Shown: positions 38,305 through 51,400 of the stretch, in pieces
Position numbering within the stretch: the first letter of the stretch is position 1
How the letters are laid out: each line of letters starts with the position of its first letter
From: Octopus sinensis
Taxonomy: Eukaryota
Assembly (NCBI RefSeq): GCF_006345805.1
Contig: NC_042997.1
Location: 51,212,001-51,276,000 of the forward strand
Direction of reading: 5' to 3'
DNA length: 64,000 nucleotides
Notes under the pieces: generated by a model
Seen by the model: only the letters and a program-made list of their open reading frames with translations
What the model was told of the DNA's origin: nothing
Databases searched by the model: none
Position numbers and translations under genes: made by a program

Positions 38305-38682
38305 CACTACCGTCAGAAATTAATTAGCACCCTTGATTTGCTCTTCACTCAAGGTATGTGCTGTCACCTAGTGGCCATATCTCGAACTATTGCTTTGTTG
38401 CGAGTTCACTGTTGCGCAGAACGATGACGTAACTTTGTTTGCAGAGCAGTTTGAGAGTCTACAGCCTTATGATGTTGACATAGCAGTGCAACAACAACTT
38501 GGAGTGCGGATGCAGACAAATCTTCCTTTGTTTAATAGATATAGGTAGCGCCTCGCAAGGACCGAAATCACCATACTAAGTTTTATCATCGCGTAAGACG
38601 TTTTGAACAGCTCATAGGTTAATTAATTTAACCTATTTAATGTAGAAATTTGAGAAGTGCTAATTAATTTCTGACGCAAGTG
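38305..38682. mobile_element. Tc1/mariner-type MITE (378 bp)
   Basis: 26-bp TIRs CACTACCGTCAGAAATTAATTAGCAC / GTGCTAATTAATTTCTGACGCAAGTG with 2 mismatches, TA on both flanks, and a CpG-rich interior. Confidence 0.88.
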
Positions 38683-40339
38683 TAAATAGGAAAATGGAAA
38701 TTATCATGGCACCTGTTTTAGGATACAGTGCTTTCTTTCAGGAACACTTATAGCTTCTTGAAAAAGAATCTGTTATGATAAGCAGCAATCTAGTACCATT
38801 AATATGAATATGATTCATGTATACATGAATCCAGAGATCTAAATCTTTGGGCCATGAATGGAATCTATTCTCTTGAAATTTTTTTTCTTTGCACATGGAT
38901 ATAATTCTCAACATTACTTGAATAGCCAGGCTAGTATGCCTCAAGTTTTAGGTGACATAGTTTACAATTGTCATTGTTGTAACATCCTTGATACATGGCA
39001 TTTCTTGTATATACTTTAAATGAGTTTAATTTGTATTAATTCTTTAATACCTAGGTCACATTGACCTCTTGCCACATTATTGCGGACTGAGTTGTTTGAA
39101 CTCGTAATATTGAGAACGATGCCAAAGTTTTGTGATGATCTCAGATGATTTTTGATATGGAGACAAATGTGGTTCCTTCAGCAACAACAAAATTCTTTTT
39201 GGGTCTCATATTATTTATAATATTAAAAATAAACACCCAAACTGATGTATTGATCAAAGAATTGAACAACTTATATGATTGGATCTACCTTTTAGTATTA
39301 TTAAATTAAAAGCCAACCATCAAGGCACCCTAATATATTTTAAACATAGGAATAAATGGTATACCATGAAAAAGAAGAGAAGTTTGATATTTCAGAAAAA
39401 GCTTTTTATGAGAGAATTAAAATGCTCATTGTAGATATTTCCTATTTCTCCAATGACTTCTTTACCTTGTGACATAGTTCTTTGTGTTACTATTATAGAA
39501 CATTACTAGTTTTTTTTTATTCTATTGTTTAACATCTACAAATAAAATAAACTGAGCTATAGGTTTTTATTCTATGAAGAATGAAATAGAGACTTTCAAA
39601 CAATAGTAAATGTTCAACAAATGTGTGTACTAAGCCATTACTTTAAGAATATCTTATAAGTATTTTATCCTTTACTATAATGTTTTCATGTTCTTCCTAT
39701 TTTTAATAAGATCATTTTCATTTAAATCACATATTTTTTGCATGCCATACTACTATATTTTACTGAAAGGGTAGAAATTGTTTTCCTTATTATGCTATCT
39801 TTAGAAATAGATTATTCAAATAATAATTTTTACCGTGTATCATTTTGAATTTTACTTGTGTTTTACTTATGAAATCAAAATAAACAATTGAAAATGTTTC
39901 CTTTTTTTAATTTCATTTTTTTATTTATTAATTTTGCTTTTACTTTTTATTAGTATTAAATACAATTCAATATTTAAAAAAAAAAGTTATGAAAACATTT
40001 TAAGTCCATTGCTCCTATTTTTGTATGGTAAATCAAAAAATTTATACTTGAAAATAACAAAAAATAATCAAGTTTTTAATTGGTTACATGCAAATTGCAT
40101 ATCTGTGTATAAAAAATGTATTGACATCTAAGCAAGATGACTGGCCTTTGGACTTAGTATTTTCATTTGATGTTGCTTAAATTATATTTTGTTAATTTTA
40201 GATAGATTTCATATCTGGTAAAAAATTATAAACTTTGTTTTTAATATTTACCAACCATTTTTTTTTTTTGACATGCCTGAGAAACTGGAGCAATTAAATT
40301 GATACATGACAATTGATATATGGGCTCATAATGAGTGGC

Positions 40340-40735
40340 TTTGGTTGACACATGGTTTGCAAGATGGTAGTTTATAGTTCTGCTCTCACTTTTGCTGCTG
40401 TAGTTTGATGGTATTTAGACACAGTATGTTTCTCTAGTCTGCAGTTCCTCTCAGCAAGCTTTCCTTTCTGTCCAGAATTATGCTTGCCAGGGTTGCTTTT
40501 ACCTTCGTTTTGAAATGCCAACATGATTTTAGAGACTGTACTGCTCAAAACATTAAACAATTTGGCTGATTTAGATCCAGCCATTTGTACTCCAACATTT
40601 GTACTCTTTGGAAATCAGATATGTCAAGCATATACACACATATACACAGACTAGAACAGTTCTGAATTTGTCATATTGCCAATAAGAAAATATTTAAGTA
40701 AAAAGTGGTGTTTTCATTATTTTGACCAACCTCTG
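40340..40735 (-). mobile_element. Tc1 transposon 5' remnant (HTH region plus one TIR)
   Basis: ORF 40372..40584 reads AKLFNVLSSTVSKIM...SGQKGKL...TTAAKVRAEL. TIR-like CAGAGGTTGGTCAAAATAATGAAAAC lies next to TA at 40736. Confidence 0.75.
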
Positions 40736-40977
40736 TATTCTTCATTTTAATTGTTTATCTCTCCAGTCATCAGTTACTCTGCTTTTGTATATAATTCTTA
40801 GTCTGGTTCATACAATACATGCTCCATGTAGCTAAAAAGTCAAAATCACCACGGATGCAAGCAATGTTGATAACTGAAGTTTCTCCAACAAATTTGCTTT
40901 CCATCTGCTATCCACTCACTTCATGGGATATTGTTTCTAAATTAGTTCTGTTATAACTTAGTACTATTTACAATTGG

Positions 40978-41487
40978 TCATCATCATCATCATCATCATC
41001 ATCGTTTAGCGTCCGTTTTCCATGCTAGCATGGGTTGGACGGTTCTACTGGGGTCTGTGAAGCCAGAAGACTTCATCAGGCCCAGTCAAATCTGGCAGTG
41101 TTTCTACGGCTGGATGCCCTTCCTAACGCCAACCACTCCGTGAGTGTAGTGGGTGCTTTTTACGTGCCACCCGCACTGGTGCCAGACAGAGCTGGCAAAC
41201 GGCCACGAATGGATGGTGCTTTTTATGTGCCACCGGCACGAGGGCCAGGCGAAGCTGGCAACGGACACGAAACGGGGCGGTGCTGGCAACGGTCGCGAAA
41301 CGGAAAGTTCTCTTACATGCCACCGGCACTGGTAACACATCTGCAATTTCCATTGATCGATTTCGATTCTGATTCTCACTTGCCTCAACGGGTCTTCAGA
41401 AGTAGAGTTTCGACATGCCACCGGCACTGGTAACACATCCGCAATTTCCATTGATCGATTTCGATTCTGATCCTCACTTGCCTCAAC
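40978..41487 (-). mobile_element. Well-preserved (CAT)n-tailed retroposon with an internal 75-bp direct repeat
   Basis: Close homologue of 2698-3020. 41315-41389 and 41413-41487 match with 2 mismatches. Confidence 0.85.
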
Positions 41488-42433
41488 ACGTCAATAAAAG
41501 TATTTTTGTTAACTGCCCTACCTGTAGTGTCTAATTTGTAATGAATACTTGAATTATCTTTCTTTCAAGTCACCTCATTTCTATTTGTACATTCAATTTA
41601 TGTGAGAGTCAGAGAATAAGTTACTGAGAAAAAGTACTTGTGGATCTGCATGAAAAAGCAGTAGACAAATTAGCGCTATCATATTTAATGAATTAAGCAT
41701 TAAAATGTCAATTAGAAATAATTATGCCGTGAGAAGATAATATTAGTCAATGACATATTATTTTAATTATTCTGGCAAATTTGGAAAATAACTTGGAATA
41801 TGTTTCAGTCTCCTCACACTGCATTAAATATATAGTAAATATGTAGTAAACTAACTTTTCTGGGAAGGTCTTATAAACATTGAAAAATATGGTGTTGTCT
41901 CTGTTACTGACTGAATTTTTTTTTTTTTTGTAAAAGCAATACTTGTTGTTGAACTCCATATATATAGCTTCTCATACTGCTTTCAAGAATTCGAATTATA
42001 TTTAGTATCTATAACCATTTAGTCAGAAAACAATCTGCATTACTATTCTATTTTTCATGAATAGTACCAGAATATTGTCCTTTCTATATATTGGGAGTAC
42101 CTTTGAATAACGTCTTCTCAAAAATTTTTTTGTATTCAATACAATAGATCTTCATATTAGTATTGATAAATTCTATCACAGTCATTCAATGTTGGAATCC
42201 TTTTAGACTCTACAAAGCAAATTTTCTTCTCTTCAAAAATCGCACCAAATAGTCATCACATTACTCTAGTCATATTGCATTTATAACAAAAAGTGAAATT
42301 TAAATGATAGAACAGAAAATTTAATAGAAGTATTTATATTTACTTTTTATAAAAATCCACCTGCAAAACTAATTGAATATTTCCTATGGAATCCAGAAGA
42401 AAACCTGATTCTACTTAACTTCATAATATTATA

Positions 42434-43314
42434 CAGGTTGTCCCAAAAGTCACTGATGGGTTTCAGTTTTTAATAACTTCCTTAACTTTACAAATAAATG
42501 CATGAAATTTTGATTGTATATAAAGGTCATAATGGAAATTAATATGCACAAGTCAAATTTTGCAACACCACTACATCATATGCGAAAAATAACATCGCTT
42601 AAATGACAGCCATTTTCGGCTTTGCACTCTGGTGCTCTTTCCAAAACTTGCACCATAACGCCTTCAACAGTTTCAGACCCCACTTTTCTGATTTCTCTAT
42701 CGATGTTCTCCTTCAGTTGCACCAGGGTCTCCAGTTTGTTGACATAAACCCTCTCTTTCAGGTATCTCCACAAGAAAAAAATCAGGCTAGTCAAGTTTGG
42801 GGAACATGAAGGCCAATCAAAGTAGACCTCAAACATGGTTCCAGCAAGATGGGAATCTGCTCATTCTGCAAGAGAAACAGTACAGTTGCTACAGTAGTAC
42901 TTTGGAGAGAGAATAATCTCCTGCTACAGCAATGTCAACTGGCCTTCACATTCCCCAGACGTGACTAGCCCGAATTTTTTCTTATGGGGATACCTGAAAG
43001 AGGAGGTTTATGTAAAAAAACTGGAGACTCTGGGGCAACTGAAGGAGAACATCAATACAGAAATCAGAGAATGGGATCTGTTGAGGGTGTCATGGTGCAA
43101 GTTTTGGAAAGAGCACAGGTGTGCAAAGCCAAAAATGGCTGCCATTTAAGCGATGTCATTTTTTGTATATGATGTAGTTGTGTTGCAAAATTTGACTTGT
43201 GCATATTAATTTCCATTATGTCCTTTATATTGTATCAAAATTTCATGCATTTATTTGTAAAGTTAAGGAAGTTATTAAAAATTGAAACCCATCAATGACT
43301 TTTGGGACACCATG
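42434..43314. mobile_element. Palindromic non-autonomous rosa-like (DD41D) Tc1/mariner derivative made of two transposon 3' ends
   Basis: TA-flanked ends CAGGTTGTCCCAAAAGTCA / TGACTTTTGGGACACCATG. Arms 42434-42815 and 42940-43314 both encode WP..SP.LT...FFLW.YLKE.VY. Confidence 0.9.
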
Positions 43315-44439
43315 TATATGAATTTTGTGCCCACTCTGTCATGATGGAAATTGTTTTGGTGGGCAATATTGATCTCAGTTGTAGAAAATGTTGACACTTT
43401 CCATGAAGCAATTAGATTCCTTTTTATTCTTATATCATGTAACTTACTTAGTATACATTACATATTATCACCAAATTGTGCAGCAATTTCTTGAAGTATT
43501 TGTTGAAAATTCTATTAGATATTAAATTATATACTGAATTGGAAATTTAAGACATTTTTTTTACATGATGTTTTTTCTTGTCCTTTGGGTTATAATTTTC
43601 TCTTCTGGTTTCATGTAAATGTTTTTACTATATTTTAACTCCTGCATGTGTATCATGTTTTTAATTTCACTTTTTTGACCAAATTTTTAGTTTGCATAGT
43701 TTTTATAATCTTCAGAACATATGTATCTCATGATTATCCTGTGATAAACAACATTCAAACTAATAACCCACTTTTTATGTTGTAATATGGGTTATCATCT
43801 GTAAAGGCTTCTTTTTATGTTGTAATATGAGAACTCTTATGAAGACCTGGACACTAGCACTCATAAGTGAGGATTTGACTGGTTGCAATGAATGCTTAGC
43901 TTATTTTGAGTGATGGGGGAGAGCATTGAGTTCTGCTGGAGCAATTGAAGGGCATTTTACTTGATACCAATCACTTTTTATCAATTGTTGAACTAGCCAT
44001 GAAACCATCAAGAATAATTCACCATTTCAATAAAATTAATAATGACAAGCCAAAGTAATTTGGCATGTAATAGTGATATCAGCTAGTTACATTGGCTGTG
44101 TCAACATTATGAAAAGCAGCAGGTTTATTGTATACAGAGTGGCACATTTTTTTCCTCTTATAGTTGTGAACTAAAGTTGTTGCTCACACGACTGTAATAA
44201 GAGAAACAGAAGACAAAAAATTTGTGCTTTTGTATCCTCTTTTTATACCATCAATACTAGATGAATATCAATGAATTTTTTTTTATTGTGTTTTCCTGTA
44301 ACACCTAAAAATGTTTGTTCTCCTTCAGTTATCTTGCATTGAGATTTATTCGTTCAGCAACAGATCCTTGTCTCCCATTGTGTCTTATTTCTAACTGTGA
44401 TTCATAAAACAAGAAAGTAAAGTGATAAAGCCTATTCCT

Positions 44440-45670
44440 TTAAGTGCTAAAATCTAAAAATTGGATCAGTGAAATGGCAGATGTAAAATATCAGTTACTG
44501 AAAACTTCATGAATGGAGATTTTCTATACAAATGAGTGAATCTAGTGTTAACAATAATATTGCATATGTGGGTTAGTTGGATAAAGATGCATCTTTAGAG
44601 GAGCTGCTTTTTATCAAAAAAGCTGGAGGCAGAAACAATGAGTGGGTCTGTCTTTTAATTATCTCAATAAATATCTCTACTATAAACAATATTCCTACTG
44701 ATGACATTATTTTTTGTCAGTCAATGGAGCTTCCTATGTAGCTACTCAGTATCAGGCTTTATATAATATTTAAACGAAAATGTTCCATAATTCATCTGCA
44801 ACATCTTGTTGCAAAATATCTCTGCCAAGACCTATAACAATTGCTCCAGATTTGCAATTAAGATGATCACCAAAATCAAGAGTTTAGTAAAATCTGACAA
44901 AATGTTGTGCAAGAGAATGAAGAATTTGATGCATTACTTCTAACAGAAGTGCAATGACTTTCCAAAGGAAATTACCTCAGCTGACATATACACTAAAATT
45001 TCTCTAGAGTGGGAACTTAGTAATGATATATGATTTGAAAAGTTCAAAAGTAACATTTTCTACATGACATTTTTTTCTCCAGATTTGTAATGACATTAAC
45101 CTGCAGCTTCTAGGGGTAAAACGTGACCCTTATTGATACTAAACATATCATTTCTATTTTTTTTTTATGATAAAATGCAACTTTGTCATTGCCATGCCCT
45201 ATACAAAAATTTGCATTATTTCTCATAACTAGCTGGTGATGCAGAGGAATTATTAGATTGTTATTAAGTCCATTTTGGCAAACATTTGAAATTTGTATCA
45301 GATGATTTAGAATCCCAGTTTTATGACATCATTAACATAGATGTATTTGACAGGATCTTTGATGTAAAATTAGTGGAAACTTTCCCATATTACATGATAC
45401 TGAAGTTAAAAAGGAATGCAAACAATACTATTAAGTCATGTAAATAAGCAGAAGCGTTACTATCAGGCATGTAAATTTATGGTTCGAAATTGAATTACTG
45501 TTTCTCTTCTTTTCCACCTTGTCTTGTTGAAACAGTATACTCCAGCATGAATCATATATTGATTAAGCATTTCAGGTAAATAAAGTGTTTCAGACTTGCC
45601 TCCCCCATTAACAAAATTTTCTCCAAATGTTTTTGCTCTTACTAAAAAACACGAAGTTCAGGTAAAGCAT
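44440..45670 (+). mobile_element. Decayed hAT (Buster/Charlie-like) transposase
   Basis: Frameshifted remnants resembling SEMA.DV...FSIQ..ES...EELLF, GASYV, HLQHLVAK and MLCQENEEFDALLL.TEV..LSKGN. Confidence 0.65.
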
Positions 45671-47039
45671 TGAGTAACTCTTTTATAATGTAACGTCAGA
45701 TATGTGTAGTTAGATTTCTGTAGTGTATTATAATGTGGTTCACAAATGATTGGGTATCCAAGTAAGGAGTTCTGTTTCTGATATATTTTCATTGAGAGTT
45801 ATTTATCTGAAATTTAATTATCATTTAACCTGGTAATTTTAAAAATCATTATAAGTTTGGTGGGCATTTTCACTTTATAATGTTCAAAAATGGGCAGTAT
45901 GAGGAAAAATGTTACCAAGCACTGATCTAAACTAACTATAATATAAAATGAAAAGGCTAAATGTTTGTATCATACATAAGATAGTAGGGTCACTCATCTG
46001 ATCTTTCATACAAAAAGTATTTATCAATAGTGGGAAGCACCACTGATTTTAAGTGATGGGAAAATCAGTTTTCCCAAGAGTATCAACATAATAAATGAAA
46101 TAGTTACTAATAGAATGAATCAAACCAGTTGCACAGACTTGTAGCTTCCTGAGAGCTGTGGCATATTATAATCTCTAACATATCTAACTAGTTTTACCTT
46201 TCAACTCCAGATTAGCATTTCATATTGAACCGACATCCGAGTTGTGTTTTTATTTTTTTCAAACATATGTTTATGACTACCTTATCCAATATGGCTTTCC
46301 TTTTTAAAGATTTTAGGGTGGGTTTTGTGAAAAGTTTAGTCGTTATTTCTAGAATTTCAAGCAACTATGTAGAGCTTCAGAGAATCCTGAACCATTTTCA
46401 TTCTATGATCTGCTATCAGAGTAGATGATTCTTTATAGCTGTCATTTAACTATTTTGCCAGTACTAAATCAGATTCCCAAAGTAAGACTCTAAGTATCAA
46501 ATCTAAGTAATTGAAATTAAATGTCTATGAAACAAAGATTGAAAATGTTGATAAATTGTAATTTCAGATTTTATGCTCTTCTATATTGTTAGTGAAAATT
46601 TTCTCTCTACCTAACCTCTACTGATATCCATTCTTCATTCTTACCTGCTTCCCCTACTCCTATTCATTATTCCCTAAGTTCATCCTGACACCATTTCTCA
46701 TACAATCATTCACTCCCCCAGAGTCTTGCAACTTTTACCCACTCTTCCCAATAGTTTGTCCCCACTCTTTTATTCACCTTCTTGTACCTTGAGGGTACAC
46801 TCTAACAGTTTATCACCATCTTTATCTCTCTTTCCAGTTCCACCCCAATCACTCTACCCACCCTTATATAGTATAGTATAGGGCAGCCATGTATCTCCTC
46901 TACTACAACAAACCTGTTCATCTCGCTTTATCAAACTTTAATATCTTAACACTTAGCTTAAAGCCGTTCCTTTTCTATCATACACTATTCAATTGATGGG
47001 TTGTTTAGTCTTGTGAATTACATAGTGACCCCACTAGTA

Positions 47040-47230
47040 CTAGTGCCAAAAACATAAAGGAAAACAAATGCTGCCAGTACACTCTGTTCAGTGTTAGGCA
47101 CCAGGAAGGGCATCCAACTTCAGAGACTATTCTAAAACTAAGATACTGGAGCAGGATGTTCTCCAATCTGCTGCATCCTGTTGAACTATCCACCCCATGC
47201 CAGTATGGAAAGTAGACATGAATGGATATT
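47040..47230 (+). mobile_element. (CAT/GAT)-family retroposon fragment
   Basis: ggcaccaggaagggcatccaact...ccaccccatgccagtatggaaagtagacat. Confidence 0.7.
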
Positions 47231-48498
47231 GATGAATATGATATACTTTAAATATTATTTGAGTGCACTGGTGTTGCTTAAAATTATCATTGAAAATGTA
47301 TTTTAAATCTTTGGTTAATGTATATCTCCTGAAATTCTTATTCACTTATTCACAAAGGTATTGCAATTGCATAAAATGATATGGAGAAAAATCATTATGA
47401 TCATATTACAATCTAGTAATGCTTCTAAACATAATTAGAAGAACAAAAACTGTTCAGTATTTCAGATTGATAGATAAGATCATCTAATTAAAAACAGAGT
47501 TCATCAGATAATGAAATAACAGCTGATTGGTAACATGGTAACCTATGAAGCAATACATACACTGAGTCCTGTCAGTGAGCCTGTTGCTTTTTTTGTCTCA
47601 GACTTGGGCTTATAATAGTCTATACCAGAATTTATCAGTTTCATAAATTCTAATAACATTACTATACTGTGTATTAAATATTTGTCAATCATTAGTGGCA
47701 TATTTTCCCCCAAAATCCTTTTTAGAATTAGTAAGTTGATAATGATCATATCTTAAATTTCTTTATTTTTATACATAGTGTCTGAAAAACTCACCTGTGA
47801 AAATATGTAGCATTTTGCATCTTTTTAAGTCAATATAAATTGCAGTGTGCATCACATTCACTATTTAGTAAGTTAAATAACTGAATTTTCTGCATGTTTC
47901 TCTTTCCTAATGTAATAGTATGTTACTGTTTTTTTTAGAGACGTGCAGTAGCAACTGACAGTCTTATCTCAATTTTTAAAAAAATTATTTTGCTGGCATA
48001 GGTTGGATGGTTTGACAGAAGCTGGCTAGTCAGAAAACTGCACCAAGCACTACTGCCTACTTTAGCATGATTTCTACAACTGGATGCCCCTCCTAACATT
48101 AACCACTTTGCAGAGTGTACTGGGTAGGACCAACAGCAGTGAGGTCATCAAATAACTTACAAGACATCAGCTGATGGGGGAGTAGTATTGAAGGAAGTGG
48201 CTTAGTGCCAGGTGGTGAGAGGTAAGGACAGAAATAGGTATTTTGCAGTAAAGGTACAAAGCTACATCAGTAGGAGACAGTGATGGAGTAGAGAGAGAGA
48301 GAGAGAGACTGGAGACAAGATGGTGAAAATGGGATGAGTGGGTACACTCAAGTTACAGGGAAGTGTATATTAGTTTAGTCAAATCAAGGATTAGACTGGA
48401 TGAGTGAATAGGTGACTTCACAAGATTGTTAAAGGAGAGTGGGGGATGGAGAGGAGGGATATAGTGGGTGGACACAAACAGAAAGAGGGAGTTTTTGG

Positions 48499-51400
48499 AA
48501 TTCAATTCAATTCAATTTTTATTGGCTCAAAAAGCAAAAGCAAGGCCATGTAGGAGGACAGGGAGGGTGGTCATACAAAGAGTTCAGGCCATTTCTGGTC
48601 AAGAGAGAACCGAGCGGTCGTCAGCATCTTCACTATCTCATCTGGCAGCTTATTCCACGGATCCGCAACCCGGACGGAGAAAGCCCCTCTCCTTCGATTG
48701 ATATGAAATCATCATAAATAGAGCTTTTCGGAGCGACCCCCGCAGCCCACACTCTGGAGCAGGAGTGAAGAACAGCTCTTTTGAGAGGTTACACTTTCCG
48801 CTTACAATGTTGTGAGCGAGAATGAGATCACCACGGCGTCGGCGTTTTTCGAAAGAATAAAGGTCGAGCGTCTTCAGACATTCTTGATAAGACAAATGCT
48901 TGAGACCAAGAACCATGCGGGTAGCCAGCTTCTGGACTCTTTCAAGATGATGTATGTCTTTGAGGAGATAAGGAGAAGAGGCTTGAATCTCGTACTCCAA
49001 TATAGGTCTCACCAGCGTGAGTGGTAGGAATATGGCTGCTGTGAGCATTCCGAATGACCATCGTATCAAAAACAGAACTCCGCGTGCTTTGTTGGCAGCA
49101 TGGACGCATTGGGCCAAAGGCGAAAAGGAAGAATCCACCAAGATACCCAGGTCCTTTACTTGGTCGGTCTTCTCCAGCAGCAGACGACCCGGCTCGAAAT
49201 CAAGTTGAGTTGCAGCAGAGGAGCCACCAGGCAGATTACAGCACTTTGACACGTTCAGACACAGGTCCCGTTTGATCATCTCCAAACTTGGTGGAGGCAT
49301 CGATGAAGATCGTCTATATCACTGCGAGGAGCGACCAGTTTGACATCATCGGCAAATAGAAGGGTGTGTTGCATGAGGTCATTGATGAAGACTAAAAACA
49401 ATAACGGCCCAAGCACTGAACCTTGAGGCACGCCACTGCTCGCACTGGAGACGTCGAACAGCGAGCCATTAACTTGGACTTGGAAGGAGCGATCTGAGAG
49501 GATGGCACCAACCCATCGTACAATATCCGGATGGAAACGATATGCTTGAAGCTTGACAGGTAATAGGCAGTGGTTAACCGAGTCAAAAGCTTTGGCAAAG
49601 TCCAATAAAACGATGTCAACAGCATCACCATCATCCAGGATACACGTCACCAATTCTTCCATTACCAGTAAGTTGGTCAAGCATGATCTCTTCGGCACGA
49701 AGCCGTGTTGGGAATCAGAGAAAGAGGCTGTGTTTTGGAGGTGGAGCAACATACTTTTCTTGAGGATGGTTTTGAACATCTTGCTGAAGTAAGGGAAACT
49801 GGTCGGTAGTTAAGCGGGACTTCATGGCTCCCTTTCTTGAAAATCAGGCAGATTATCGCTGTTCTCCAGTCCGCAGATACAACACCCGTCGCCAATGACA
49901 TATTGAATAGAAGTGTTAGAAGTTCGCAGATGACCGGAGCCAACAGTTTGATAACCTGTGGGTGTATGCCGTTAGGGCCATGACCCTTGTTGACATTGAG
50001 GCCTTGAATAACGCATTCGACTTCACCACGAGTGATGACCAATCTAGGCATTGGAGGTACCGATCGACTAAATGGAGGGGGTTCATGACCATCATCTTGT
50101 TGAAAATTGTCAAAAAAGCCTCGGCAAATAACTGACTCTGCTGATAAGGGTCCTCAAACGATACGCCTGTTGAGTCTACCAACATTGCAATTTGGTTGTT
50201 CAAGCGGGAATTCCATTGGATATGGGCAAAGAAGGTTTTTGGATTGCGACTGGCGTTTGCCGCGATTCTGCATTCATATCTGAAGCGTTCTTCCTTTTCA
50301 ATTTTCACTGCTCGGTCTTGTTGAGTTTTGTACACCTCAAAAGCTGCAGTCGAATCTTGATTTTTGAATGCAGCCCAAGCAATATCTCTGAGTCAAAGTT
50401 CTCATTTAACCTTCTTCGTCACCCAGGGCTTGTGTTTCTTCTTCTTGGGAAGCCCAATGGGAACTGCTTGGTCAGTCAACCAGATTACATATGCTTTGAG
50501 GGACAACCATAGTTCAACAACTGAGGACATCGTCATCAGGGATCGCCAGTCCAGAAGCGCAGAAGCCTCGGTTAGAATTTCAAGATTGATTGCAGAGAAG
50601 ACTCTACGTGGCAGCGAAGTAGTCGTGAGCATAGAAAAAGTTGTGTGCATGTCGAACTTCAGGACTGCATGATCACTCTTGGCAAGAGGAGTGCACACAG
50701 ATAAGCCTGACACTGATCTTGGATAGTGGGAGACTACCAGATCCAGCATAGATGACTGCTGCCCAGACTGATGCCTTGTCAGAGATTCAACATGTTGCGA
50801 TAGAAAACAATCTTCAGCCACGTCAAGAAGGGCCAGGTTTAAACCGGGAAGATGATGTACAAATGGATGTGGGCCAGTCGATCGTGGGAGCATTGAAGTC
50901 TCCTAATATCAAACATTCATGAGAAGATGAAACGAATCTTATTGCTTCGAGTAAATGAGCATCGTCCTGGGGGTCAGCAAGAGGTGACCTGTAGACAGCT
51001 AACACGAGTAGGCAAAACCCGGATAGGCTCAGCTTGCAATAGACGGCATCAAATTTTGTCGTAGGTTAAGCATTAGTGGGTAGAATACAGCTGGATGGTT
51101 TGAGATCAGATTTGGCATACACAGCAACACCTCCACCTCGCCTTTTTTCTCTGTCACATCTGAAGAGGGCGTAGCCCTGTAGGTGGATTTCCGAGTTCTT
51201 TACTGTTGGAGTCAGCCAAGTCTCGGTGATAGCTATCACATCTGGGGAATCATGCATGGCCAGTGTAAATAATTCGCTGAACTTTGGAAATAAGGAGCAT
51301 GAGTTGGTATAGATGATGCTGAGCTGTGAAGTTTGAGGGGCGGGAATTAGGGAACAAGCAGAATAAGGGGTATCAGAGATAGCATCGTTGTCGGGGGTAT

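Noticed and set aside
47939-47960. Possible third microexon after ttttttttag
   Set aside because: Only weak donors follow, and the CAPS frame hits TGA within 7 codons.
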